Below are positions 11,837 through 27,000 of a DNA stretch of 64,000 nt, piece after piece (the stretch's first letter is position 1; each line of letters starts with the position of its first letter). This stretch comes from Sphaerodactylus townsendi. Its lineage: Eukaryota. The notes beneath the pieces are model-generated. The model ran no database searches and was not told the DNA's origin. It was given only the letters and a program-made list of their open reading frames with translations. The translations under genes and the position numbers were made by a program. The stretch lies in the NCBI RefSeq assembly GCF_021028975.2, contig NC_059430.1:44268001-44332000 (forward strand), read 5' to 3'.

Positions 11837-14800
11837 TTAAGACTTCTGTGCCAGTAAAGTGGTTAGTTTGATTTTCCCATCCATGGAGGCAGTGAGGCAG
11901 GTCCCACAATCCATAGCTGTGCACCAGTCCACGGTGACCACTGGGGCCCTGTGTCCTCCCAGGGAGAGGCAGCTCTCCAGCACCTTCTCGTTGCCACTCA
12001 ACTGCAAGAGTAAAGAAAATACAAACTGAGGAAGTGTCTCCCTTCAGCAGAAACTGCCTATCCATTCAACAAACTAGCCTTGTCTTTGACTAGAGTAGCA
12101 GGCAGTGCTTCTACAAAAGAGGCAGAAAACACACACAAAGCTGCCTTCTACTTTGTCAGACTCTTGGTCTATCAAAGTCAGATTTGTCTACGGCTCTCTG
12201 GGTCCTCAGATGGTGATCCCTCACTTTACCTCCTTCCCCTCACTTCAACCTCTTACTTGGAGATGCTGCGTCTTAAACCCAGAACTTCCTGCATGCAATG
12301 TAGATGCTCTCTCCTGAGAGATTCTGGGCAATACACATCCCCCACATTTCACCTTGAGAATTATGCCAGATACCCAAGTAGGTATTTTATCATCATTTTT
12401 AAAGTGTGCAATCTTGTACAGTCTCTCTTTCACACTACCTCATAACAGTGCTGAGACACTATTATTCACTATTTGCCACTATTCGAGGCAAAAGAGAGCA
12501 ATTTGCCTGGGCAAATCCTGGGCTGAGCTGAGATGTGAACAGATGCCTGGTTCTGTACCCATTAAGATACACTGCCCTCAAGACTGATGTCTACCACACT
12601 TGAAAACACATATCAGCATTATCATTGGTCTTGCAAGTGAAACATAGCATGCAAAAACGGAAAGCTCAAAAAGCAAAAAAATCCAACTCTGCTGAAGCAG
12701 AGGAAGCCAAAACTTGGCACAAGCTTGTAGAGAACACAGCAAAAAAGTATACTTTAACATCAGCTTCTCTTCCAAAGATTCTGAGCTTGCATCTGCTGTG
12801 GTACCCTTACATCACTTTTCCAGCTTCCATTACCTTGTAAATAACTCCTCCAGAAGAAGAACAGGTAAGCATGTAGTTTCCCTCAGAGTCAAATGCAAAG
12901 AGCCTCCCGTGTGGGACTTGGACTTGTTTGTAACCGCTGTAGCCAGACAACACAAAAGGGCCAGTGGCATCTCTGGGCAGGACATATTCAGAGACTTTGG
13001 AACCACTTTTGTGAATATTCCATTGGATAAACTAGGATGGTACAGTGGGGGTGGGGAATAGGGGGGGGAGAGAGAATGAAGAGATTCTGTTCAGATGCTC
13101 CAAGGAATATGCTTGGCCTTTATTCTGCACTGTAGAGACACTGTCAGTAACAGAAACAAGAACAGCAGCTTGCACAATGGCACTGAAATGCACCCAGAGC
13201 TCCCCCCACCCCCTTCCATTCAGTCCATCAGCTCCTTTCTTTGGGGCCCACCAGGACACCTTTCTATTAGGTCTCATGAAGTGACAGCATGCCACGAAGT
13301 CCCTCCTGCCTAACAAAAATGTCATGCCGAGTTCCCTGGCTGCTCTTTCCCAGAGCCAGAGCCTACCTTCCCATCTTCTCCAATGCTGTAAACAGCATTC
13401 TCATCATAGCTGAATTCAACAGAATAAACTTCTCCATCATGGGCTTTCCAACTCATGGCACATTCATGCATATCTGGAAAAAAAGGGCATTTATTTATTT
13501 ATTTTGAACACTGATTGCAATAGAAAGCACATTCACCGTTCCTCAGAAGTCACGTTGTTTTAAATTTTTTCTTAGCTCCCTTTCTGCAATTCCAGGCAGT
13601 GGCCTTGAGGTGCCACCGGAGATTTCAATGGAAACTGACTTCACATTTCAAAAACTATCCCACCCCCAGGATGCACTTGCTACCAAATCTCACACCTGTG
13701 TACAGCAAGGGTGGACAGACACCACACACGCAGAGTGTTCCAAAGAGAAGCGTTTTCTATATGTCAGGCACAAAGAAGGACTTGTGTTAGGTATATACAA
13801 GGTACATATATAAATACGCCATATAAGGCTTGTCAAGTGATTGGGAGGTATTCGAAAGGGAACACTAAGGGAATAGAAGAAAAGTAGTTCCTGTTATTTT
13901 GCAAACTCTTATTCTGATTCCACAAAGTCAGAACCCCATCGGCAGAGGTTATATCAGGAGATCCCTTTTTAGTCTTAACTAATCTTTAAGCCTCTCTCCC
14001 CGCCCCCGCCCCCCCCCCATCTTCAAGTGCCAACAATCTATTTAGCAAGTGAGTACATGAAGACCGTCACACATTGCTGCACAGGAAGGTCTGCATCCTG
14101 GGTGCAGGGGGCATCAAGGAGTCTTTAGTGACACAAGTGGATTCTCTGCCCGCCCCTCTCATCCCACTGCCTAGCTATGCTCTCACTCACCAACCTGCTA
14201 AGTTGCACACCATGAAATAGCAAGGTAACTCTAATGCCCCTTCCCCTCATCTGAAAGACTGGTGTGCAAAAGAGCTGCTACACCAAAGCAGTGGCTGTGC
14301 AGGGGTGAGAGGAAGCAGGTGAGGTCAGCCAGACTGCTTGAGGCACTGATCTAAGCGTCAACTTCCTCGTTGGCACCCCCGCCTCCCTTCCACTCAATCC
14401 CCCTGCCCCACACAGAGATGTAACATTTCCAGAAATTCTGAAGCCATGAGGAAAAAATCTTTTCCCCCTGATAAAAATGGAAATTTGGGGAAGACTGAAA
14501 CATACATGATACTTACTGCCCTGTCAAACCTAAATTTCAGTACTTTGACATGAAATGTATCACGTATAACTTACTTAGCATATAAACGCCATAGGTTTGC
14601 ATAAGCAAAACTGCAAGCATACCCAACACCTGGGGGAAAATCGCCAGCAAACTGATGCACAACCCCAAGCAACATCCTAGAATAGGAGAAGTCCCAATTT
14701 TATTTTGCTTTTAACTGAAAATATTTTTAAACTGGTATTGTAAGCTGCCTTTGACCATGAAGAAAGGCAGGGTATGAATGTTTCCAAGAATAGACACGTA

Positions 14801-17800
14801 ACAAACATGCCAGCTGCTTCCAGAGTGCCAGAACTTAGGCCAACCCTGTGGGTATCTTGTGCTTTCTCTTCTGCAATGAGGGGAAGTTGAGAGCCCAGGA
14901 TCTGAGAACACAGATTCGGCATTCATGCCAAAGACAACCAAGCTGGAGCCTGGCCTACACATTTACCAAAGAGACGAATGATGCCATCAGCTGCTCCTGT
15001 GACCAGCAGATTTCCATTGTGATTGAAGGCTGTGCAGTTTATAGCAATGGGCTCAGGTTCAAGTGAAAACTGAAGCTGGAACAGGAATGAAAACAAAACA
15101 CATTAGAAGAATTTAATTATGTGTCCTTTTCCCAAGAAGCTTTGTTTGTCTGGCAGATTACACAGGGGAGCACTTAACGCTGCAAGGTCAGGTTACTCCA
15201 GAAACTACTGTTGTTATTAACTCCATCTGGCTTCCTGTTTCCCTGATCAGTTCTGGGCCCACGGGGAATCAGGGACATTCTGGCCAAGGCAGCCAGTCTG
15301 TCCCTGCACTGAACGGCTTCTTCCCACCACTGAAGGCTGAGAACTGCTTTGCTTCAGACTTTTAAATAGCCCTGTCCCTTGCTAGAAAGAAAAAAGTGTT
15401 TGTCCTTAGATTCATTGGAGAGCACAGTGTCTTTTTTGAACAGGACTGAAGTCCTGTTGTAAAACAAACTCACACACTGGTCTGGGTCTGTTCCCGCACA
15501 TGCGAGTGGCTGTGCTTGCTCGCCACTTCCACCACTCTGAAGCGAAGGAAGAAGGGCGCCACTCAGTTTTCCTGTATTTTCAGTTTTTCTCCATCGGGTG
15601 TAGCCAGCTTCTGTGAGACTGAACTTTTCCACTTCTGACCCTAGTACTTTCAGTGTGCATGGAACGTAGATGGGTCCCCAGCACAATAGGTGAGCACGAT
15701 GGAATTAGATCTAGGACCAGGACCAACTGGCCTGCAGAAAAGTGGGTTGACCTATTATCGTTTTAAAGTGTGAAATCAGGTAGGCAGTGTCCTGTTAAGT
15801 CTCTGTAAAAGAACAGGGCATTATCCTCTAGGCCAGCTAGCCTAGCAGGAGGGCACCAGGGAGAATAACAGGCCACAGTGGAAGAGGAAATGGGATCACC
15901 TGAAGCGGACAGGAGGGGCTAGTTTTTTTGGGTGGTGGGGATTGGATTTCTATTCCCTTTCACTCCTGCAGGAGACTCAAAAGGGGCTTACAATCTCCTT
16001 TCCCTTCCCCCTTCACAACAAACACCTTGTGAGATGGGTGAGGCTGAGGGAGCTCCATAGAGCTGTGACTAGCCCAAGGTCACCCAGCTGGCATGTGTTG
16101 GAGTACACAGGCTAATCTAGTTCCCCAGATAAGCCTCCACAGCTCAAGTGGCAGAGCAGGGAATCAAACCCAGTTCTCCAGATTAGAGTGCACTTTCTCT
16201 TAACCACTATGACACTGCTCCTAGTGAAGGGAGAAATGCTGGAGTAAATATTCTGGTGAATGAACAGGAGTGGTACCTTGTTGGTATAGCACAGTGCCTA
16301 AGAGACAGAGCTGGCGTGTAGAGAGTTGCCAATTCACATATCACTGCAGCCATCAACACACAAGAAGACTTAAAGGAAGTTACTCAGACTTTCAGTCTTA
16401 ACCTCTAATTTGGCATTATGAGGACAATCCTGGTTTACCTTGTTATATGATTACTATTACTTAGACTTCTATGATGCTTCACAAACTAATGAAACTAATA
16501 TTATTAATATTGTTCAGTGCAAAAGCAATAGGATACAAACTCTGGAGATGGGGAGATTTTTCAGAATGTTCCGGATATCTTTTCAGATGAAAGCCACACA
16601 CAAGCCCAAGATTTTAAGACACGCTCAGGTAGACAGAGTGGGCATACTCTTCTGCTGGTCACTGGCACAGCAGTTGTGCCAGTTGTAATGGGGATGCAAC
16701 CTCATTCAGTTATTCGAGGAACATCATTTGATCTCAAGAAGGAAAATGACATGGAAAGTCTAAGCAATAGTATTTGACGGAATCCTTCCAAAAATAAACT
16801 GGACACTGGCTAAATGTGTTTATTGGTGCTGAGAACTGCTAATTTCTTAGTGATCTACAAACTGAGAAAAAGACACTCCCAACTTTTTGCCAGAAATTAG
16901 GTTTGAAGGGGAAAAAAACCTGTTGCTTCATCGTTTTTGTGTCCCACAAAAGCAGCTTCCCAGGAACTTGATTTGCGCCTTTCCCTCCAGAATCAGGAGC
17001 TACCAGGTCCAGATGGCTGACCAGGCCGGATGCTGCAGCAGAGCAGACAAAGGAGGCACCACTTGGGCTGCAGGCAAGGGAGAGGATCCTGCAATGCAGA
17101 ACACCACATCAACTCACACATACAGGCAATTCTGGTTCTCTGAACAAGATAGCCACAGAGCCAGCAGGAAGAACAACTATTTTCAGCTTTGGTCAAAGCT
17201 CCAGTAAGCCCATAAATCATCCTGTTCAAGCTACAATAAAGCCCACACTATGCAAGAAACCACAGGCTTCAGGGCTTCTCCCAGCTTCTCTCAAGGGACA
17301 TATGCATAAATTACCAACAGCAGCCCATGACAAACATGAGCTGAGTGAGGGCAAAGGTTAACTGGGGATGAATCAAACACATGCAAATCAGGTGCATATT
17401 AAAGATTATGGTCTTCTGTAATGTTCACATTCTCCCAAGCCAGAGCAACAGACCCATGGATCCTCAGATGCTAAAGCTCTTTCCTGAAACCCACTAGCTC
17501 TTTCCTTTCAGTGTCTCTTCCTGAAAGGCAAAGAGCCAATCCTGCCTTCCCTCCATCTCATTGGAGCAAGAGGTGCTTCTGAAGAGCCCAGGCGGCATCA
17601 CTTTTGTATTTGTAAGGAACCTATTTGGAAAAAGCTGCCTCTATCATAAGACCACCCTTGGCCTGCAGCCTCCCCAAAATTCCAAAAGTGCCCTCAAGTT
17701 CAATAAGACCGGAGACCCCCAGACCAAAGCTCATAGACAGGTGAATGGACACTCTGAAACAGCAGTATCATGAAGACCAGACATGCAAGTGAATTACAAT

Positions 17801-20800
17801 ACCAAGCAATTCATTTTACCGCAACCAACAAGCAAAGGGGCTCAGAAGGTTACCTGGGCATGTCTTCATCAATGCTGATTTCACAAAGATTTTTCTTGGC
17901 TTCCGTGTCATAAAGACGAACTGTCCCAACTCCACTACCCAGCAACAACTGCAACCAAAACCATCTATCAGAACGAGGTATTTGAAATCTACTAGATACA
18001 CGAAAATGGCATCAAATAGCCAAAGAAGTCATAGGAAAGGAAATATTACTCATACAAAAGTCACTGGAAAGACTATATGATATAGCTTAGGCCCTGGGAC
18101 ATCCAAGACAAATATCAGTTGCAGAGAGACAATAGCCATTTCCATCACAACAATTCTAGCTACTCACCAGCCTGTCCCGTTTGGTTGCCCACTCCAGAGA
18201 AAGCAGGGGAGATTTGGAAATTGAAGATGCTTTGGTCTGCATAATGGGGTTGAAAGACCACACCTTGATGACCCCATCCACGTCCAAGCTGGCTACCCTT
18301 CGCCCAGAACAGTCAACACTAAACAGAGAAGTAAAGTACGCAATTGTCCCTTATAAACACTCATATTTACAGCCACCTCTTCCAAAACGTGCCCAAGCCA
18401 GTCATTCATTCAATGCATGTCTCAGATCTTCTGTGCTGGAAATTATAATACTGTTCTCCTAATATGTAGTACCCTTTTGAAATCCTTATGATAAAACAGG
18501 TGGAGAACTCAGTCAGCGTTGCAAACCAAAGTGGAGAGATTCGGCCTTGCCCACAGTCATTCTTTGTTAAACCCACATGTCAGCTCAGAGCTCCCATCAC
18601 CACCAAACAATAGTGGCTCCCTCTAATCACCCCTCCCTGCAACACACACACCTCCACCCAAAGAACACACTGCTTACCGGCAATGCATGATGGACGAATG
18701 GTGCTCTCCATACTCTTCCTGGCTCAAGACAATGAATGGCTGCTCCTGTCTGATCCCTCCAGTGTCCAGGTTGGACCCAAACGTTTTTGTTAGGGTTTCT
18801 GTTTGCTCAGCGTGTGGCTCAAGAGGTGTGTCCATTTCAGTGGAAAGAACCTCCGACTTCCGTTCAACAGTCTGTGCCTAAACCAAGAGAAGGACCCTGT
18901 GTATAGTACAGCAAGTCAGGAGAATCAGTCAAACTATTCCCATGCATCTCAGCGTGCCACAGAGCTGGAGTTTCATTGTGCAATTTCAGCAGGTAAAATG
19001 CCACCAAGCATGAAGAGAGGAATAAGCAGTGGATCCCTTGAGGAGGAATTGCTCAATTGGTAAGCAGCACTGATTGCACCTGCTGTGGGGAGAACAGCAC
19101 CTCATGTGAAAGGTAATGGCAGCATACAGCCCCCAGAACCAGAAGAAAGCTATACTCCTGTATGCAGCCTTCATTGCAAAGATGTTACTCCACACCTAAC
19201 TAGTACTAGAAGAGTCACAGAAACTGTCCAAGTGTACCATTAAAGGCCTACACCTGAACTGAAAATGCATCCTATTTACTTTCTCCAATATCAGCGAGTG
19301 GAATGAGATAGGGAAACACCGATTATGCACAGGTGTCAAACTCGCAGCCCTCCAGATGCTCATGAACTACAATTCCCACCAGCCCTTGCCAGTATAGTCA
19401 ATGTTCATGCTGGTAGGACTGATGGGAATTGTAGTTCATGAACATCTGGAGGGCCGCAAGTTTGACACCCCTGGATAGGATAAAGGCTGTCTCTCACATC
19501 TGATTAGCGGATACACATGAGAACACAGGAAGCTGCTGTCTACTGAATCAGACCTTTTAGTCCGTCAAGATCACTGCTGTCTACTCAGACTGGCAGCTGC
19601 TTTCCAAGGTCTCAGGTAATGGTCTTTCATATCCCCCGTCACCCGATCCAACAGGAGATGCTGAGGACTGAACCTGGGACCTGCTGCATACAAAGTCGAT
19701 GCTCTCCCAGAGAGCCACAGTCCTCTTCCCAAAAGTGCTCAAAAGCTTCCCAAAAGGTGAGACCCTCTCTTTTTGGGGGAGAGCTTCCTGCTATTGCTGT
19801 AATGTTTGTAATAAAGCAAAACCAAGAACCAGTTTCAGAGAGCTAATCATAGTGGTCTGTAGTTGAACAGCTGGATTCAAGTGCAGCAGCACCTTGGAAA
19901 CCAACAAGATTTGGGGGTTATAAGCTTTTGAGAGTCAAAGTTTCCTTCGTCAGAACCAGGAGGCAAGTCTCACTACAGTGCTACCAGCATTCACACAGGG
20001 ACATTGCAAGTCTGGTGTGATCAAATACATGAAGCTATCTCAGAGCGATTGGACCACTGGTCCATCTGGCAGTCTTGGCTACTCTGATGGGCAGCGGCTC
20101 TCCAGCAAGACCATCTTGTCCAAATCCTGTTAAATAATTGCAGAACTGAACTGGGGACATTTTGCGCGCAAAGCATGGGTTCCGCCCGTGAGCCACGGCC
20201 CCTCAGTTTAGGGCCACTTCTGCATAAGAGAAAATTCTGGATTTTCCCCGCATTTAAATACTTATCTTCATCTCTTTCCTGGCCTGCTGAGAATAAAGAC
20301 TAAGGACGTTTATGTTTTTATAACCATTAACTAGCTTGGTATTCTACCTAACTCAAGCTGGACAGAAATAGCCCTCTTGTTCTGTTCTGACATGCGAAGG
20401 GCAGCACACTGAAGCTAACAGCCCAGCCTTTCATGAAAAACTAAGCAGATACTAAAGGGGTTTTTAGGTGCTTCAGAGAGTTAAGCTGACCTGAGCGCTT
20501 TGATGGTACCAAGTGGAAGAGCATTTATTGAGCCTAGAAAGAACTGCCCTGTCTGGAAATGCTAATGTGTGCCAACTGCTGCCAGAGCAATAAGTAACAC
20601 AGAGAAGGCAAAGGGCAAAAAAGGCTACCAACCTTTCTCAACAGAGGTGGTTAGAGAAGCCTAAACATGGAAGAAACTGACTGATGCTTTTAGGGAATCA
20701 CTAGCTGGTTAAGAGGGAGGAACAAGTTGGTCAGTGTAAAAAATGGAGTTTCACAGTAGTGGATTTCATGCAGATCACTGCTGAAACCAGTGCTTTGTAA

Positions 20801-21026
20801 CCTACTTAAATGATCAACAGTGAGGCTAAATAGTGAAGCAGGTGAATTTAAATGAATGGGGTCTTATGGTATTTTAAAGACTAACAAAATTTTACTCCAA
20901 TAGACATTTTCATACAATAGTTTATTTTTTTCAGATGTAAGAAATGGATCTTCACTTAGACAAACATTTTATGTAGAAGATCGATGATAGGGGGGAGAAA
21001 GTGATATGATATCTATTTCTATCTGC

Positions 21027-21099
<73 letters not shown>

Positions 21100-24000
21100 A
21101 ATCACACTCCACAGCTAAATGCAATGTCTTCCTTAACAACAATTCCAAAAGGGCAGCCCTTCTAGGCTGCTTCAGAAAAAGCAAACAAATCTTGTGGCAC
21201 CTGAAAGACTGACAAATGTTATCTTCCAACAAAAGTTTCTGTGAACAACTTTGTTCACTTGTGCTCAGGGCTGCCGAAAGCCACCATGGACTTTGGACAA
21301 AGATTCCATTTACCACCACCCCCAACCCTGATCTAAACAAAATATCATAATCAAACAAATAATTTGGCTGCCTGTTACCACATATCTGTGATATCAAAAG
21401 GATTTGCATAGTCATCTATCTCACCATTTGTGGCAGGTATAACTCAATAGAAAATAAAACTAGGAACCTCAGAGTTGGCCACCACCTTCAGGATGATCAT
21501 GGGAATTACAGGGCCAAAAGTGAAAGGAACTGGAACATCTTTGCCCAGGTTATCTCCAGATCCCTCCCCTACATGCTATTTGCAAGGGAAGCTAAACTTG
21601 GGTGGTGGCTAAAGCGTCGGACCAGGACCTGGGAAAACCAGGTTCTAATCCCCACTCGGTCACAGAAACTTGCTGGGCAACCTTTGATCTGTCATACAGT
21701 CACAGATTAACCTACCTCACAGGCTCGTTGTGAGGACAAAATGGGGGCGAGAACAATGTAAGCTGCTTTGGGTGGGGGAGTAGGGAGAAATTAGAAGTGG
21801 GGATAGACAAATGGCAAATCATGAAAGGAATAGAACAAAATGAAAGAAAAGTGCAAAACAGAGAAATGCAGAAAAAGACAAAGTTGCTTTTACTACTATT
21901 ATTTTGCTACACATACTAACAGGGCTGCCCCTTTGCACAATCTGGCTGTGCAAGTGAAGGAGCTGGGTGGAACTAAAGGAAAAAGTAAACCATAGACTGA
22001 CGAAAATAATGAGCTTGTTAGGAGGCTGCACCCTGACAAGGACCATAGCTTGTCCAGGCTAGTCTTGCCTTGATCCAATGCTGACTTGGCCGATAGGTTT
22101 AGCAGGATCTGATCAGCTGTTTCCCTCAGCCTTCTAGCAAACTTTGCTAAAAGGCCCAGCCAAGAAACTCCAAATGCTTTTAACTGTGCTCTGCCTTCTC
22201 TGCGCCCCTAGTGGCTGCAGTCAGAAATGCAATATAAAACATTCAAAGGCATTCCACCAACGCAGCACAATGCTGGCTTCAGGGGGCCTCCACTGGACTT
22301 AGGGCCCCCGAAATTTTGTTTTCTGAGTCCTCCCTCAGGGCAGCTCTGCTTGTGTTAAGCTACCATCCAAAGGTTTCTGCATTTTTCTTTACTAGGTTTA
22401 GGTTTTACATAATTGGTCCATAATAGCTTGTGCTAGAATAAAATTATGTAGAAAAAGCAAACAATGGCAACTTAAAGCCTAACATGGCTAACCCCACCCG
22501 ACCCGACCCTTGGAATTATCCCCAAACATGATGACTTTGCACTGGAATGACTGATGAGAATTAAAAATAATTACAATTAAACAAAACTTATATTCATATG
22601 GTCTAAATTAGGGGTCTGCAACCTGAGGCTCTCCAGATGTTCATGAACAATAAACCCCATCAGCCCCTGCCAACATGGCCAATTGGCCATGCTGGCAGGG
22701 CTGATGGGAATTGTAGTCCATGAACATCTGGAGAGCCTCAGGTTGCTGACCCCTGGTCTAAATGGACACTCCAGTTTCCAGGAAAGAGAATGTGGAGACC
22801 GGTGGAGAGTTCTCGTCAGAAAAGTACAACAGTAAAAAAGACAAATACAGCATTTGGAATGATCGGACAAAGGGAATAAAAATTAAAAAGCAATTGCTAC
22901 ATGTCCATTTCATGTGGTACACCTACAATTAGAGCACTGGCTGTCCAGTCTTAAGAATGTTGTAATCCAGGTTCAAGTCCACTGGGAATCCCACATATAC
23001 CCACTGAAAAACAACAGCAGCAACCTGCTCAAACTCATAGTTAGCACCCCTTAGAGTTATCAGTTTGAGCACTGCATGTCTTCTGACATTGCATGTGTTT
23101 AGTCAAATACAACCCCAACATTCAATCCTATAGTCCAATCCATCTCAGAAACCAGCCCCTACCTGGGAAGCTGTTTTAGATAAAAGCTCCTTTCGTTCCT
23201 TCCCATGATCCTGCAAGCGCCTCTGACGTTGCTGTATGGATCCAGATTCTGTTGCCAGCAAGCCGCTGAAGGGGCTTTTGCCACTACTTGTCACCTCCTT
23301 CCCTTTACTACTCTGGAAGGCAAGGAGGAGATTTGTCAAGCTTGGGTACTTTCTTCCAAAGAAATTAGTCTGGGTACATGACAGAGCACAGCACTGTTGG
23401 GAGGCATGGGAAATCTTACACAGTGTCTGTCCTTTTCCCTGACAACCTCAGATTGCATACAGAAGAGGGAAAAGGAGTGCCCATAAGCATCTGCTGCTGT
23501 TCCAAGGGTCAGCACAGCTTGGAGTTCCTGTATGTAAAGATACCCTTTTTATTTACCTTTAAATAGTGACTATTAGAAAGTGTGGATTAGACATAGTGAA
23601 AGGGATACCTAAGTGGCAATGCATCACCGAGGTTAGGTCATTCAAGCCACCTGAAGTTATTTACAACAAGTTTTCAGTGCAATGTGAGCGCTGACAGCAA
23701 GAACCTCAGGATTAAAAAGAAACTTTACCTTTCAAGACCAAGGCCGCAAACAGTAATGTTGGTCTACAAATTTCTAAAACAAAGTCATGTAAAACCTCCT
23801 CCTGGGAACAACCAAACAATCACAAAGAAATGTGTGAGGTTTGCATTCCATAGAACTCTTCCTAAAGTTGGAGGCGGTAAGAGAAAGAAAGTTGTTTTAA
23901 GTCACAGAGGCAAAGCCTGAATTAGGCAGCTGCCATCTTAACACGGAGAACAGGACATGCTGCAGACTAAATGTCATTTATTTAAACCTGGTTCTAGGTC

Positions 24001-27000
24001 ACAAACATTCTAAAAAGCTCAGAAGCTTGCATATTATTTTGTGATGGACAGAGTTTTTTCACTGGATTGAACGAAAGTGATCACATGACTGGGTTTATGT
24101 AAATGATGGGGAGAGAGGAAGGGCCTTAGTTCTACGCAGAATAAATGACAGATTCTTGGCCTACTTTTCAACAGATGATAACAGAGGAGAAAATAAGACT
24201 CCATAGTAGCATGAGAATCACTAAGACACAAAACATGCACACTGGCTACTCTTGCTCCCCCTCACCTGGTGATTTGATTGCTCTTTCTTGCCTACCGGCA
24301 TCACAGCAGCCTGAGCAGAAGATGTTCCTACAGTCTGTGCCACTCTAGAGGGACCCTTTTTCCCCTGAGGCAGGAATGAAGACAGGAAACCCCCTCGGGC
24401 TTGAAGAGAGTGAGCTGTGCTTCGTTGGCTGCAGGTCATGTCACTGGGGGTGGAGGGGGGAGGGAGAACATGAAGTAGGCAAAGATAAGAAATCTACATT
24501 GAACATAAGAAGAGTCCATGGCCTTCAGGTGGCAAAATAATTCCATAATGCCTGAGTAACCAAGAGCTCTCAAGCTGTCAAGGATATGCCAGGCTATCGC
24601 CAGCCTGTGGACCACCCGCTCTACCAGCTGTGCAGTTCAGATCCTTACATGTCATCCCCTCCCTGAAAGCATATCATAATATGTAACTTAAGTTGTGCAT
24701 GCTGATACTTGACATTGATATGTTCTCTCGTTTTCTTTTCCTCTACCTTCCTACTGCTATTGTAGCACGCTTGGGACAGAGACCATCCCCCTTTTTGGGG
24801 GGGCTTATGTTACTGTACAGTGCACACCACTGGAAGATCACCACCACCATTTATGATTCCATGCTGCCCAAGCTCCAGTACGGTAACAAGCATAACTCCC
24901 TTCTGTGCATGGCAGTGGTCAACACACCATGGAGCATGGCCCCTGAAGTCCTTCTGTTAACATCACATTGGGTACTATGTTGATGGCAGCAGAGACTTCT
25001 CTGCCCATTGCTACCCAGCTCAAGGCATGGACACCTGAAGGTATCAGGACCACAGCAAAATAGAACTTGCCATTAAAACAGGCTACATTCTTCCAGACAG
25101 TGCATAATGCAAGCAAGACACTACCATGCAGCAACCACAGCTCCTGACATGGTTACCAAAATGTGGTCTGTAGAACCAAACACAGGCAGCTAATCCCTCT
25201 CAAGCAAATATGTGAACTAATGCAGCTTCAAGACTTTAGTGAGCTACCTGCTCCTCAACCACAGTAAGAATCCATGTAGATGGGCCCATAAAGTCCTCCA
25301 TTTATTTATGGAGATAGGGAGCATCTATAGCAGTGGTGGCGAACCTTTGGCACTCCAGATGTTATGGACTACAATTCCCAACAGCCCCTGCCAGCATGGC
25401 CAATTGGCCATGCTTTGGCGAAAGCAGACAGTCCTAACATCTGGAAGTATAGGCAGAAAACTGATAGTATGGCCCTGTATCTGGAGAATATAAGGAGACT
25501 CCACTCCCTACCGGATCTATAGGAAGATAGAGGTTATTATGGAAGCTGTTCCCTAAGCAAGCTTTTAGATCTCTGGCAAAGAGTAAAACAAGGATCCTGG
25601 AGGGGGAAAATAACTCAGTTCTCACAACTGTCTGCCTTTTTGAATAACACACCCTTCTCTGAAGTTGCTTTTGCAGGCTTGCCAGCCAGCAAACTACAGT
25701 AAGGGAGTTAAGCTCCATATCTTTCATCCAGCCCTGTGACTCTGACCTAGCCTTCAGACAATAGACTCACAGCTCTGAATCCCCCAGGCGGTCCATATTG
25801 GTCACATAAGAAGGCAGCTTGTGATGAAGGATCAACTCTTCTTCCTCCTGCTGCTGCAGTTCCTCTTTCTTCATTCGGTAGTACTCTGCCTGCAAGGCAA
25901 ACAACTAAAAAAGGGGAAGAGGGAACAGAGATAAATTCATCTCAGTTTCCCTCCTTACCAATGCTAAGCTATGTTCCTGTTATGAACATTCAGTTTTGTA
26001 TCGGATGCCAGGTCAGGATGGTCTCTTAAACCTTTATGCATCAACTGAAAAAGAGCTTTCACTACAACAGTGCAGCTTTGAATTCACTTTCTATCCTAGG
26101 AGTTTGTGGGAGGCAGTCACATCTGTGAGGAGGCACAGGCCTCTGGAGGGCAAACTCTGCCCCTTTCCTCCACACATAAAGCTGCCTCGCAGTGGTCTAT
26201 CAGGGCCGGTATTGCTTATTCGGACCAGCAGCAGCTTTCCAGGATCACCGACTACCTCATCCTTTTTAGGTGGAAATGCTGAGCATTGAACCTGGGACCT
26301 TCTGCATGCCAAGCAGATCTCTACCACTCAGAAATGGACCCATCCCTTAGAAGTACCACAGGTTTAAAAACCAACAATGACTGACAGAAAGCCCAGTTTT
26401 TTGCCAGACTATAGATTAGATGCTGCCTACGTAACATAGAGCTGGTGTCAGAGTATAAGGATTACGCCAGCTGGAAGAAGTAACAGCTGCTAACGCTAAT
26501 GGTCCATGAAAGGTAAGTTCACATTAGTGAAATGTACATTGACAGAAATGGAGTAGACGGCATTTGAGAGGAGGATAAGAGATTGGAGAGTTTCAGCAGC
26601 AGCAGCAGCCACACACACACCCCAGCCAGGGAGTTTGTAAAAATCTGCAGCTGAATATTGTTTTCACCATACAATATTATAATAATGAGTAGCAGGTTCT
26701 CTGAATTCCTCCGCTTTCATTCTTTTAAAAAGTCAGTGTCTATTCGCTTTTGTTACAGAGAGATCCCTCTCCCCTTATACCTTCAAAACTATTGTGTTGT
26801 ATTTTTAATAAAGATTGGGGGTTCACAGAACCTGGTACACATAGTTATACCCATATAAAATATTCACTTGCCAATTTAAGAGAGAGAGGAATTGGCCACT
26901 ATGGGGAAAATGTCATTTGGGCAGGAGTGAGAAAATTCTAGTTTTCTGGTGCACACAGCAGCCATCCAGGCATCACTGTGATTGTTCCCAAAACTATGGA

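Noticed and set aside
20969-21415. ORFs with HT or CV repeats
   Set aside because: Translations of the (GT)33 microsatellite.
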